A stretch of 64,000 bases of DNA, from contig JAUCBJ010002054.1 in NCBI GenBank assembly GCA_032718475.1, positions 1 through 64,000 on the forward strand, in the 5' to 3' direction. Shown here piece by piece: positions 34,301 to 46,053 of this stretch. The notes under the pieces are model-generated. The model did no database searches, had not been told where the DNA came from, and worked only from the letters and a program-made list of their open reading frames with translations. Source of the DNA: Nemertoderma westbladi. Lineage: Eukaryota > Animalia > Xenacoelomorpha. The number at the start of each line of letters is the position of its first letter. Within the stretch, counting starts at the first letter, position 1. The translations under genes were made by a program, and so were the position numbers.

Positions 34301-36389
34301 TGGAGAAGTGAAATTACAGCTCCTAAGGCAGTCCAGAGAGAAGACATTGGAAAACAAGGTAAGTGAGAAACCCGTTTCTAGGAGAAGGGTAATACCAGTA
34401 TGTTATACCGACGACGGTGAAAGCCAAACTTCTCAAGGAGAGGACAGCGGGAAAGACACTGACAGATCTTATGTCAATAAAATGCCTAAAGATCAGGTAA
34501 GTAAATCCAAGTCTCGACCCAATGACAGAAGGGAACCGGTACAAAAAACCCCTCCTACGTCTCCTAAAAGAATTCAGGTGAGAAAGCCCGAGGAAAGAAC
34601 AAGTGTGCACCACATAGCACATGTTAAAGTAAGTAACATCAAGCCCAAATGTGTGCTGTGCGACGGGCCCCACCGTTTAAATGCGTGTGATAAATTCCTG
34701 AGGAAATCACTAAAGGATAGACGTGAAGTCATGTGGGATAAGCGGTTGTGTTATAATTGCCTCAGACGAGGACACCAACGGCGAACCTGTAACTCCGACG
34801 CAAGGTGTGCAAAGTGCGGCGCAAAACATCATATCTTGTTGCACACGGAATTCGAACGAAACAGCCCGAGTCAGGTAAGTGAGTCCGAACTACATGTCCA
34901 ATTCAGTGATGTGAACGACACTGATCAATCTGAGATGGAAGGATTCTATACGGACGAGTTCTCCGACCAAAACGAATCCTGTTACCTAATAAACACCACC
35001 GCAGTGTATCGAGCACTCGTGTATGAGAAAGACACAGACAGCGACCTTACCTTAACTACTTCCGATCAACAACCATCTTGGAAAGCGCCAACTTCCAATA
35101 TAGGAATCCGAGAATTTCCTGTAGTCCAGTTACGGGTCCACGGACCTCAGAAGAGCTATATAGTGAACGCCCTCCTGGACTCCGGTAGCACAGGAACATT
35201 CATCGATAAAGAACTAGCCGAAGTCATCTTTGCTGGACAACCCAAGTTCCGAACCAAGCTAAACATGTCAGGGATCATGCAGGTTTGGAATTCTACTGTA
35301 GCTGCCGACTATTATATAGGTGAGTTGTCCACCCCACAGGATAAACTAGGAGAATACAGTATAAGGTCAGTGAAAATGGTGGCTATAAAGAACTTCGCTA
35401 CTACTCAAGCAGACCTTTATAATTGGGACGAGGATGAGAGCATCCAACATCTTAACATACCTCGATTCCAGACTGATTATCCTGGAGTGCAAATACTCAT
35501 CGGCCAAAACGCGCATGAGGCGCTGGAGACATTAGAGAAACGACCTGCTCAACCGCAGCCACTACAGACCTATGCGGTAAGAACTAGAGTAGGTTGGTAC
35601 CTTACTGGACCTTCCCGTAGAACGCTCAGGGAAAGACTGCTTCAAGATCGCGTCTGCCAGGTGAGTGAATGGGAAGATGATACTAGTGAGGGAGACGACC
35701 CAACTGAGGGAACACCACACTCCTCAGATAATGACAATCTTAGCTCCAATGTAGATCAATGGAGATATTGCCCCAAGAAGTTTAATCCAACGGACATCGC
35801 TTCCAGAGGAGCAACTCCTCAAGAACTGACAGATACTATAGACCGGTTAGGTGAACCCGACTTCCTGAGTAAGGAGAATGAATGGCCTCCCCATCTTACT
35901 CCGACTGAGATTAGACCAGCCAAGGGAGCGGAGAAAGTCGAACCTGAAACCCGGACGGGTGGATCGGAGTTATTTGAACCCGGGATAGATCTGTCGGTAT
36001 TACATGTTGCCAGGGACGACGCCGTGGATCTGGGCCTCCCCACCGCGAGTGGATCCTTCATGAAGATCAGAGAGAGCGATTGGAGCTCTGGAACATCAGA
36101 CGTCTCGCAGGGACTCTCACCTCTCCTGCAGAGAGCGACGGACCACTATAGCTCCTGGAATCGGCTTTGTGACGCCGTCATATACTTTGAGCGATGTTTC
36201 TATCGTCACTATTCCAGGACGAAGAGGAAACCTGGAATTGTATTCAGGATGCAGCGACTCAATCACCCAGTCGGTCGTTTGTGTTTATCGGAAGGGAATG
36301 GAGGACTCTCCGGAAACTGTGGAAGGCAAGATTCTCTTCCCACGACCACCTCCCTAATCCTTCAAACATCTAGGGACTCCATAACGTAA
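31344..36389 (+). CDS. BEL/Pao Gag-protease polyprotein with RT/RNase H/integrase deleted in frame (1681 aa)
   Basis: Colinear with the E1 ORF; adds an A/E/K repeat expansion and retains SSWNRLC..IYFERC from the RH-IN linker. No RT or integrase core. Confidence 0.92.
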   Translation: MSDTKQNLSDSLLDVTICDSDRDVQPSGRKSSSPPTVRKVIPPVVITEPRLVQHRRSIIGTRAQVKRDQKAAEQQQPASQELIPQRPSSSSSEDTVELTPERGAEMTDAVYTDPLLILPAAVLAGLLIAVEEHQIDWARSQRSTRDSYAGYTSEELKSIVESQWNFPGPGLPFDLSEAAWEDIHRMGVAKETIDPAVWKRSAAGYAQGFFSSMERVERQLFQQPQGPQEQGSLLYQVRERVLRIRLILSAFEEASKRRQDTSLQVAVKTWFQRVNLQVQGTAQWKAQLEERSNHGESTDATFSQVESEATAEKPHKRDAIDIYLSDYQRFLGDDELRRRLEGLSPNSEGTKLVLDAIDVEMRAANQAKFDEQLRLTRVQEEQVKKKRIEDRKKAAVVAAEAERKLAAAEAAAEAKAAAAAAEAKAAEAAAEAKAAAAAAEAKAAEAAAEAEAKAAEAAAEAKATLAEAAAERKAVEAVAEAERRATEETTQLELENIQENQDCINKQLTASNMQMMDRSTPKRQGYTSSEEGDTTDTEGKGNRSRLSRRKRTFHRQKLPDLPPAVRRQLNNTNLGSTEPTDQIIKIERLPTIVDEPEIIRPVLEITPSVIDTPVLPEATYKFPLHSTKLPVPRRTAPETVQVLDPERNIHNLSPVVPRPPATTLATPASAVEWVDERRRGMDILLGQMQETVQQFKGTVRESRLELQEVQQSIALERDKLVNTQKGIPPPSVTMCQPVRSEVLHAQGVEPTRIYTASEVETPIVNPIKGNYRPVDNDIPYRTDHNPRNLYTDNSILNSTMAQESFTRQMARTEARQAVKVGEIVKFNGDEMKWLPFNEYYKDNIQNSVLSNGEKLRYLIECLEGSPKLMALRFIGHPDGLRQVWDTLNIRYGNRNNIAGYLYAKLVAPRKFISSGIIEFSDEIQEICRQLDWLGKSHEYQSAMVIRAVASTLPKGGVGTRWDKKVLYMMEQQRRDPTMADLMSFLDGEVKLQLLRQSREKTLENKVSEKPVSRRRVIPVCYTDDGESQTSQGEDSGKDTDRSYVNKMPKDQVSKSKSRPNDRREPVQKTPPTSPKRIQVRKPEERTSVHHIAHVKVSNIKPKCVLCDGPHRLNACDKFLRKSLKDRREVMWDKRLCYNCLRRGHQRRTCNSDARCAKCGAKHHILLHTEFERNSPSQVSESELHVQFSDVNDTDQSEMEGFYTDEFSDQNESCYLINTTAVYRALVYEKDTDSDLTLTTSDQQPSWKAPTSNIGIREFPVVQLRVHGPQKSYIVNALLDSGSTGTFIDKELAEVIFAGQPKFRTKLNMSGIMQVWNSTVAADYYIGELSTPQDKLGEYSIRSVKMVAIKNFATTQADLYNWDEDESIQHLNIPRFQTDYPGVQILIGQNAHEALETLEKRPAQPQPLQTYAVRTRVGWYLTGPSRRTLRERLLQDRVCQVSEWEDDTSEGDDPTEGTPHSSDNDNLSSNVDQWRYCPKKFNPTDIASRGATPQELTDTIDRLGEPDFLSKENEWPPHLTPTEIRPAKGAEKVEPETRTGGSELFEPGIDLSVLHVARDDAVDLGLPTASGSFMKIRESDWSSGTSDVSQGLSPLLQRATDHYSSWNRLCDAVIYFERCFYRHYSRTKRKPGIVFRMQRLNHPVGRLCLSEGNGGLSGNCGRQDSLPTTTSLILQTSRDSIT

Positions 36390-37689
36390 CAACATATGGA
36401 GTGGGTGTGTGACTCTATTATTTTATATTATTTTATTATTTTTATATTTATGTATGTATTACTATGTAATTCTATTATAATCGTTTTCTTTAATTTTATT
36501 CAGTAGAATGTTATTTTAGCGATTATTTAGTAGATTAGTGCAATATATTCGTGTTTATTACGTACGTAATTACTTATATTATATTTAGTGAGACGGCGAA
36601 GAAATAATTATTTTTCTCTTTCCTTACTGTCCGTATTATATTATAAATACGTAACTACAGTAAGATGAAATGTCCGTACTTATTAAAGTACAATAAAGCC
36701 ACTACTATATTTAAGTATTATTGGTAGGCAGAGTATTAGGAATGCAAAGTTCAGATCCTCGTGTCTCGGCTAAACCAAGCTCTGGGTAGACCTTGGAAAC
36801 GACTTGCCTCTTCACACTGACATTGCTTCGTGCGATATTGCTCTCATACCGTATATTAAATAATACATATAGTAGCGTGATGTCCCTTTAACAGTAGCGT
36901 ATAACGCAGAATAAATCTGTTAAACCCTTTGACCATCTGTAATTCTAGTCGATTAAGATATCGCGGCACCCACCGATATACTTGAAAGACAAATTCTAGA
37001 ATCAGTGGTTAACGTCCCCAGACAAGTTCTGGAATAAATCGGTGCCCATCTCAAATATTAATTATTTAATATTTGCAAATCTAATAAATCAAAATCTGTA
37101 AAATTCAGATCCTTCAACAATTCTAGTCAATTAAGATATCGTAGCATTTACCGATATTCTTAAAAAAGACAATTGTCATAGAATTAAGGATCTTGTGTCC
37201 CTAGACATGTTCTAGAATCAAAATATGTCCATTTAATTATCAAATAATAAAATTTCAGGGAATAAATTTAAATTCATGCCTTTTAATGAATTTAATAAAT
37301 TGCCATTTTACGCAATTTATAAAGTTCCCAAAATTCCATTAATTAATAGATCAAGGGAGCGGAGATTTATCTTATCATGCGTATGAGAGTGTGAAAGTCT
37401 CCCAAACATAGTCAATAGCCGATAAAATTCATAAAGTCATGTATAAAACAGAACATTGACTATTAAAGAATACTATTAAATAACATCCCAGATCTGTATG
37501 CATTGGAATTACTCTAATTCTACCGCTAGCTTTGCATAATGTCACCATAGCAACAACCACGCTAGAATTAGAATTGAGTTAAAAGAACAATAGAAAGCTT
37601 GTACCATTGAATAGCATAGGGAATAAATAGCGCACTACTAGTATCCAAGGATACATAATAATACAGTGACATTCTGGAAGGCATTGACT

Positions 37690-39276
37690 AACGGACAAAT
37701 GGCCCGAATGTGTGTAATTTGTGACAAGTTGTGTGTGTGGTATTTGTGAGTTTATAGGTGAATGTTACTGCTAAGGTGTGTTTACAGTAGCCAGTCGCAA
37801 TCGTAAAGTAACCTAACTCTCCAAGGAATACCTGAAGTACATCTAAGCCTTTGGGACGGACAGTCGAGTGACTTGTGCCGGTTGTCGTTGTCGTTGTGCG
37901 GCTACGTCGTTGGCGAAAGTACGGCGGCGACGACACATCGGCGCTGAGGATCTCGTCCTGTCCGGGGGTTGATTGGGGTAGGCAGCGACGCCCGCTCGCC
38001 TAAATATAAACTCCTTATAATGTGGATAAACTCATATATAGCAGAAATGACGGAGTTGATAGAAGATGGTCTTGGTATCGGGGAGCGATATACTCTACTT
38101 TTACAAGCGTTTGTTGATAGCTTAATACGCGGCGACATATACGCAGCGTAATGGTACGTATATGGGCTTCTTAACTACTGGTCATTCTATCAATTTACAC
38201 AATACGGACTATGTCGACTATATATCCTGCCCAGCGGAGTCGGAACCATAAACTGAAATTCGAATGCGAAAATTCTATTCGAAATCGGCTCGAAAGAAAA
38301 GACATTAAAGAAACAAATAAACGCGGTAACTCCAACATATATTTGGAATTCTTGATAGAAGCATTGTAACAACAATTAAATATCATCCGCGTTTCCCCTA
38401 CCAGACGTGCGTCTTTGGTATTATTACGGTAAATGCCCTAGATCCAGCCAATAAACGGAAAGACATAAACATCCACGGAAACGTTGTGATAAACACAGTT
38501 GTGTTCGTTATATTTACTGGAGTTTCGAGCGAAACTTGTTTGACGTATCACCTATGCTCACTCGGCTCTAACGATCCTAGAGTAAACCTACGATCAGAGT
38601 CCCGGAATACTCGGTCAAACCTCCTCATTCCTTAGTTGGACCTCAGACCTGCGATCCTGGTGGTGTCGCGGATCCTCTTGGACGGTATTCACTGTTCAAG
38701 ATCTAGTGCTACCCTAACAATTAATCGGTAACACTCCGACAGTGATTTCTAGCTAGCCGCCCATCTTACCTAGCTGGATTATGACGCAGACACCTAATAT
38801 CACTATCCAACCGTATGGTCGTCCCGTTTAACGCGATACAACCCTTCATCAAGGTGAAGGAGAGCGTTGTACGAAACGAGTTAAACGCTATTTTATAAAG
38901 ATCAAAAAAGAAACCTGCGTTTGTTCAGATAAACGTAAGTTATCACAGTAAGTCCAATCGATAAACGAATTGGCCTTATCTCAGTTCGATTGGGAAACCT
39001 CGAATCTCTAAGAAGATATCAAGCTTAGAAAACCCTATTCTCTGCGAGAGTTTTGGACGAACGTATCCCATGACAAGCGGAGGAAAATCAGCTCGAGGAG
39101 AAGCATATCGAAATGGACGAGACACCGACAGTAAACCCAAACCTTCTAATGCAATCATATTGCACCCTTCACCCAGGAGTTATGGCCCTCCTAGTAAAGT
39201 GGTTCCCCCCAAAGAGAAAAGGACTCTTGCTAGCTTTAAAAAACTGCGTAAACGCCGTCCGCGCAAGAAAGACTAA
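37690..39276 (+). pseudogene. Decayed extra ORF of E2, homologous to E1 ~9260-11148
   Basis: Colinear with the E1 region but with more stops and internal deletions; ends in the same basic tail (KKLRKRRPRKKD). Confidence 0.55.
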
Positions 39277-39354
39277 CTGTTTAGAGTATCTTTAGGTTTT
39301 AGAAACTGTGATTTTTATATTTTATAGACTGAAAATCCCATTTTCTGGGAGCGG

Positions 39355-40590
39355 TGTAAAAGCCTTTGCTGAATTGCCCCGTTATTTTTATTATCTTTTA
39401 CATTAAAATACTCTGTAGTTGATTTAATAAGTGTAAGAGACCGTATTATTGCTGTATCGGTGTTTTTAGAGGATCTAAGACCTATTTCCTCCGTATGTGT
39501 ACTGTGAAAGGCATATTTTATGATTCTATGGCAATTCGTGACGCAAAGGGGTGATAGCTACTCTTGAACAGTAGTTACTATGACTACGGTTAACAGCTGA
39601 CATTCATACGTGTTGATTTCCTTTGTTCTACGGCGTCTCTCAGTTCAGTCAGCCAATTAGAGCGTTTTTGTGGCTCCTTGTACAGAAAATTTCCGAGAAA
39701 TGACGCAATGCCTATGTGCAGTGTTTACATTCAGTCCTGAGCCAAAGAAAGAACGGCTTGGAAGTATTTTGTGCTTTACTGTTTTAGCCGTACACTAGTA
39801 GGCTTAATCATAAGGACATATATCCGTTATCTAACTTGACTAACCTAACTCAATGCAATCAATGCATACTGCAGTACTGCATACACTGCATACTGTGTAA
39901 CACTGTGCATACTTTATATTGTTATACTGCTATTTGCTGTCTGTACTTCATAATTTGGTTGATGAATTATTATATTTGGAATAACGATAAATAACCCCGA
40001 AAACCCAATATTCTTGATATACTGAAGGTAAGAGAGAAAGGTTATACATAACGATTGTGACTTATGTTAAAGTGGTTTGAAGTGAATCTAATGTTATTTG
40101 ATAGCCCCTACATGAGTCAGTCCGTGTTCCTTTTATATGTAACTAAAATCAGTGAAGATCGGCAGATCAGTGTGCAGTATTGTGCAGCATTGTGTGCGGG
40201 TGATACTGATAACGAAGCATTTCCTAAAGAATGCGCCATATATGTGAATTATAACTAAGCCATATCGTTGTGATTAGTTTAAGTCATAACTCTGTTTATA
40301 TAGATAGAGCGCCACGTCCTAAAGGAACTGTTAATATTCCCCGAAAGTGAATAATATTGTCAGAGATTATATAATACTGTCAGTCGAATAATACATTAAG
40401 CTTACATAGCAATAAAATTAAGCCGTCGAACCCAATCTCCCGGGAATTATCCAGCGGGTGAATGATCGCGCACAGATTGGTTTCGACTAGTGTAGTGAAT
40501 CAAATATTTGTCATCGGCTAAAGTGATTTATTATCTAACAGACATCCTAATTTGGCGGGTTAAACTGCCAAAGGTCTGAAAGCGCGAACA
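39355..40590 (+). repeat. 3' LTR of E2
   Basis: Near-identical to 27939-29174. Confidence 0.96.
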
Positions 40591-40950
40591 CATGGGCAGT
40601 CTTGAATAGGCTTTCCAGGATTTGGAAGTCACCGAGAATTAATCGGACACTTAAGGTCCGATTATTTAGAGCAGCATTAGTTCCAGTACTCCTCTATGGG
40701 AGTCCATGCTGGGCTCTAACCTGCTGCGGACACCAAATCTCTGGATGGCACATTCACAAGAATGCTACGCCGGGTTCATTGTGTCAAGTACAATGCACAC
40801 ATCTCCAACCAGACACTATATAACATTGGAGGTGTCTCATTGGTTCCCCCAAGCTTGACACTTGAACAAAATCGCCTCCGCTTTGCAGGACATTGCTTTC
40901 GCCGTGAGGACCAGCCAGTGCATAATCTTGTACTTTGGTAGCCTTATGGA
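40591..40950 (+). mobile_element. RTE-type LINE, 3' continuation after the E2 insertion
   Basis: Reading frame resumes with AW-AVLNRLSRIWKS..KVRLFRA..VLLYGS..W, then RLRFAGHC. Confidence 0.88.
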
Positions 40951-41659
40951 GTGAATAAGCACAATAGTATCTACATCATTGTCCAGAATAGGGTGTTTCC
41001 CTTCACTTCTATGGGGCTTTCTATTATTCCTACCTGTCCCAAATACGTTGTCTAATGATTTCCAACCTGTCCAATATAGGGGCATCCAATCAAATCATCA
41101 TATGAGCCAACTCCTCTTCATCGGACCAATACCAACATTCCTAAAGTTAGGCATCCTCCTTATTGGCTATATAATGTAAAGGTTAATGGAAAATTCCACT
41201 GATATATAATCCAAGTGTCAACTACGAATCCAGGGCTCATTATAACAACCTATACTGGACAGAGCAACGTATTTGGGACAAGAGCTGGTTGAGGTATATG
41301 TACAGTGGAAATTCCCATTCTAAATAAGGGCATTTGGAATACTTGTTCCCTAGTTATGGTTAAAGATATACTGTGGGTGCCTTGCAAATGGCCTGTAAGA
41401 CTGTGATGCATTATAGGCTATAGTGTCATCATAGTCACGTTATTTAATTTCATGTTGTACAATTTATTCATATTGTGCAATTTATCATGTTGTGCAATTT
41501 ATTCATTATGCAATTTATTCATTGCGCAATTTATTCATTGTGCAATTTATTCATGTGGTGCAATTTATTCACTTATAATAAATCTAAATACATTCGTATA
41601 TTAATAATTAAATGACAATCAAATTAGTGATATCGCAACCTCCTCCCCCGGACTCAACT

Positions 41660-43776
41660 TCATCCCAAATAGTCCTTAATAAGTCTTAAATTTGAATCAA
41701 ATAGGTTGTTAGTGTCCCATATAGGGTGTTTGTGTCCCATATAGGTTGATTTTGTCCAAAATAGCCTGTAGCTTTATCAAAATTATTTCAAATAGTTTAT
41801 AAATGTAAAGGAATACTGAAAAGAATATTGACTTCATAATCATAGCTTTAATTCCAATTTGTCCCAAATAGGTTGTTTATGTCCCATATAGGGTGTTTGT
41901 GTCCCACACAGGGTGTTTTTATACCAAATAGCATGTAACTTTCTCAAAATGATTTTACATAGTTTATAAATATGATGGAAATACTCAAACGAAAATAGAA
42001 TCCACTATCATATATAGCTTTAATTTAAATTTGTCCCAAATAGGTTGTTTGTGTCCCATATAGGGTGTTTGTGTCCCAAATTGCGTGTGACTTTCTCAAA
42101 ATGATTTTACATAGTTTATAAATATAATGGAATAGTTAAAAGCAAATAGAATTCACTATCATAGCTTTAATTTAAATTTGTCCCAAATAGGATGTTTTTG
42201 TCCCATATAGGGTGTTTGTGTCCCGTATAGAGTGTGAATTGCTTATAATAATTTCAAGTAGTTTCTAAATGTAATGGAATAATAAAAAGAATATAGAATT
42301 CACTATCATAGCTTTAATTTCAATTTGTCCCAAATAGGTTGTTTTTGTCCCATATAGGGTGTTTGTGTCCCGTATAGGGTGTGAATTGCTTATAATGATT
42401 TCAAATATTTTCTAAATGTAATGGAATACTCAAAAGAATATAGAATTCACTATCATAGCTTTAATTTAAATTTGTCCCAAATAGGTTGTTTATGTCCCAT
42501 ATAGGGTGTTTGTGTCCCATATAGGGTGTTTGTGTCCCAAATTGCGTGTGACTTTCTCAAAATGATTTTACATAGTTTATAAATATAATGGAATACTCAA
42601 AAGAAAATAGAATTCACTATCATAGCTTTAATTTCAATTTGTCCCAAATAGGTTGTTTTTGTCCCATATAGGGTGTTTGTGTCCCAAATAGCGTGTTACT
42701 TTCTCAAAATGATTTTAATTAGTTCCTAAATCTCATGGAATACTCAAAAGAATATAGAATTCACTACCATAGCTTTAATTTCAATTTGTCCCAAATAGGT
42801 TGTTTTTGTCCCATATAGGGTGTTTGTGTCCCGTAAAGGGTGTGAAGTGCTTATAATAGATTTCAAATAGTTTCGAAATGTAATGGAATACTCAAAAGAA
42901 TATAGAATTCACTATCATAGCTTTAATTTAAATTTGTCCCAAATAGGTTGTTTTTGTCCCATATAGGGTGTTTGTGTGCCAAATAGCGTGTGACTTTCTC
43001 AAAATTATTTTACATAGTTTATAAATATAATGGAATACTTAAAAGAAAATATAATTCACTATCATTTTTTCTTTAATTTAAATTTGTCCCAAATAGGTTG
43101 TTTGTGTCCTGTATAGAATGTTTCTGTCCTGAATAGGGGAATACAGCTTGCCAACACATTGTTGCTGAATAGGGTGTACATTTCTTATAATGATTTTAAA
43201 TAGTTTCTAAATGTAATGGAATACTCAAAAGAATATAGAATTCACTATCAGAGCGTTAATTTAAATTTGTTCCAAATATGTTGTTTGTGTCCCAAATTAG
43301 GTGTTTGTGTTCCATATAGGGTGTTTTTGTCCCATATAGCGTGTGACTTTCTCAAAATGATTTTAAATAGTTTCTAAATCTCATGGAATCATCAAAAGAA
43401 TATAGAATTCACTACCATAGCTTTAATTTCAATTTGTCCCAAATAGGTTGTTTTTGTCCCATATAGGGTGTTTGTGTCCCGTATAGGGTGTGTTTTGCTT
43501 ATAATGATTTCCAATAGTTTCTAAATGTAGGGGAATACTCAAAAGAATAGCGAATTCACTACCATAGCTTTAATTTCAATTTGTCCCAAATAGGTTGTTT
43601 TTGGCCCATATAGGGTGTTTATGTCCCGTATAAGGTGTTTGTGTCCCAAATAGCGTGTGACTTTCTCAAAATGATTTTAAATAGTTTCTAAATCTCATGG
43701 AATCCTCAAAAGAATATAGAATTCACTACCATAGATTTAATTTCAATTTGTCCCAAATAGGTTGTTTTTGTCCCAT
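41660..43776. repeat. Satellite-like array, ~147-bp unit with internal ~19-bp subrepeat
   Basis: AGCTTTAATT recurs at 42163, 42310, 42457, 42624, 42771, 42919 and onwards; subunits TGTCCCAAATAGGTTGTTT and TGTCCCATATAGGGTGTTT. Ends at the E3 insertion. Confidence 0.92.
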
Positions 43777-46053
43777 TGTTAAACTCTGTACGTACTGCAG
43801 TAGCAATACAGGAAAAAACTCATTTATTTTGTGCCAATACATTTCTACCTAAACGGGTGGCCCTTCTAAATTGATTTAGATACTGTTCAGTTATGCGCAT
43901 GCGCCAGGCCCATTCCATGTAGGTGATAAGAAGGGCGCTGTGATTGGCCATTTATCTGTTTGCTGGACGAATAAGAAAGCTAGTAGCTTCTCATATCCAA
44001 GTAAAAACCGGTTTACTGAATTTTATGCAATGTCAACGAGAACTTACTGGAACCGGTAAAAACCAGTTTTGTTATTATATGGTTGCAAAACAGACCTATA
44101 TTTTTTTTTACTCTTTAAGATTTTATATTGAATTTTGTTTCAGATTATTGTATTGAATTTATCTTATATCCAAGTTCTGATTTTTGTACCGTTAAATGTA
44201 TTCGTACCTATAGATATGTATTAACCCAATTATTTGTTTGTGTTGGTAATTTTGCAAATCAGTATGCGATAAAGACATCCAGCGATCGGTTCGGAATTAA
44301 AACCCCATTGTTTTAACATGAGAGGCGCATTCTCCGTCTAATATAATTATGGAGTGAGGAGGTCGAGCCGTACCGGCCGACTGCAGGAGCCCAAAATGGA
44401 TGGATGATGTTACACAACACGAGTGAAACATAAGTAAGTTCGTCTGGGCAAGCCACAAGGGGAGGGGGGTCTCATTAGGTTGATGTACACAATTCCATTA
44501 GGTTAACTGGTGCTTTAACTATTTCCTGTACTTGGGTTTGGGCCAAATTAAACCGGGATACCCCATCATAATAAACACACAGGCAGCACGGAAGTGCAAA
44601 GGGGGGAGAGTGTTGATATATATTTGGTATCAGTGCTCATCGTTTTGGCTTAGGTTTGGGTCTCATTGGGATACTAATATTCATTTCACTTCATCTTAAA
44701 TTATTTTGACTTTGTTGGGGGTGAGTAAGCTTATATACCAAGTTTCAGCTACAGCATTATCCACAGTCCAGAAATAAATGTATTTGGGTATTTAGATAGC
44801 TAATCATCTCTCTCTCACAATCATTAGTTTGACACTCTTACAGTTACTTTACAGAGTAGAAGTGAAAATTAGAGAATATCGGCAATTGATCCACGAGATA
44901 ACCAGGTTTAGTATTGCGTATAGTTTCCTTCCTTTTACTACCGTCGACAGCGGTGCGGTGTATAGAAATATACAGAATTTGTTATAGCGGGAAAATTTAA
45001 GATAAATTGTTATTTATATTTGTTTGTTTATAAATTGTACTCGATACAACCCTTACCTATCGGCAGTTTAGCTTGCAGTATACGTGGTGGATAAGGGGCC
45101 ATCACGCTAGTAAATTGTATTAAAGGTTGATAATATTAGCAGGCAGGCAGGGATTCCCCACCAACTGGAGTTTCCTTGTTGAGCTTTATATAGACCGGTT
45201 TATTGTTTTGTTTTCTTTAGAAACTGATACGTATTGCGATAATTTGATACGTATTCTACAGTGGTTATTATGTTAATAAATCTGCAATGTGCTTTAGCGA
45301 AATCTTTTTAACAAATTCTTAGCTGATTTGCGTTGTAAAAATTATAAATAAATCACAGAGTTGCTATAGCGCCGCCGTTGAGTAAAGTTTGTATCGAGTT
45401 TGAAAGTTTGTAGAGCCAAAAGGGTTGCATTATAAGATTTCTAAGAAATTAAAAAATTTCGCTCGAAATTGTTAGGATAAAATTAGGGTAAATCTACCAG
45501 ACAGCCATCTAATTCTCTAATACAACTTACAGGAACATCACTTTCGTCACCGCAACCAATCCGGGATCTGGGGACGTTTGACTTGGTACGCAAGTGAACT
45601 GATCATTCACGAGGTTGGGACGTGGGACGGCGTCGTTTAGCAGCAATCACAGGTTGGTCGTAGTGTCGATAGGATTGTGCTTGTGGGATCTATAGTTCAT
45701 TTGTGGCTGTTTGAAGGTTTGTTAAAATACTTATGCACAGTATTTGTGGCATACTTGTGCATACAAAATAAATTTGGTGTTGTAATTTTTTAAGTAAAAA
45801 ATTTAAATTACTTCCTTTGTTGTGTCTTATTGTCCCACCATCCAGGGTCTCCTAAAGTCGAGCCAAGGCTATATTTATGAAATAAATAAAATATAAGAGA
45901 ATTTGGAAATTATTGAGTTGTAAAAGTTGTTTTATTTGAATTCACATTTGAATTGGTGTAATAATTTGTAAACTATTACAAGCAAAGAATTTCATTAAAT
46001 TAAATTAAAATTAAAAAAAAATTTTAATCTATATAAAATATAAAATCCCAAAA

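Larger units (their letters stand above)
27939..40590 (+). mobile_element. BEL/Pao LTR retrotransposon E2, non-autonomous relative of E1, inserted in the RTE LINE
   Basis: 1236-bp LTRs (27939-29174, 39355-40590; 2 differences seen by eye), TSD CATGG (27934-27938, 40591-40595), PPT-like GGGAGCGG before the 3' LTR. Confidence 0.96.

Noticed and set aside
44625-44636. TGGTATCAGTGC as the PBS of E3
   Set aside because: Resembles the plant-type iMet PBS, is not preceded by CA, and the E3 LTR end cannot be fixed because the 3' LTR is truncated. I also found no self-complementary 11-mer for E3.
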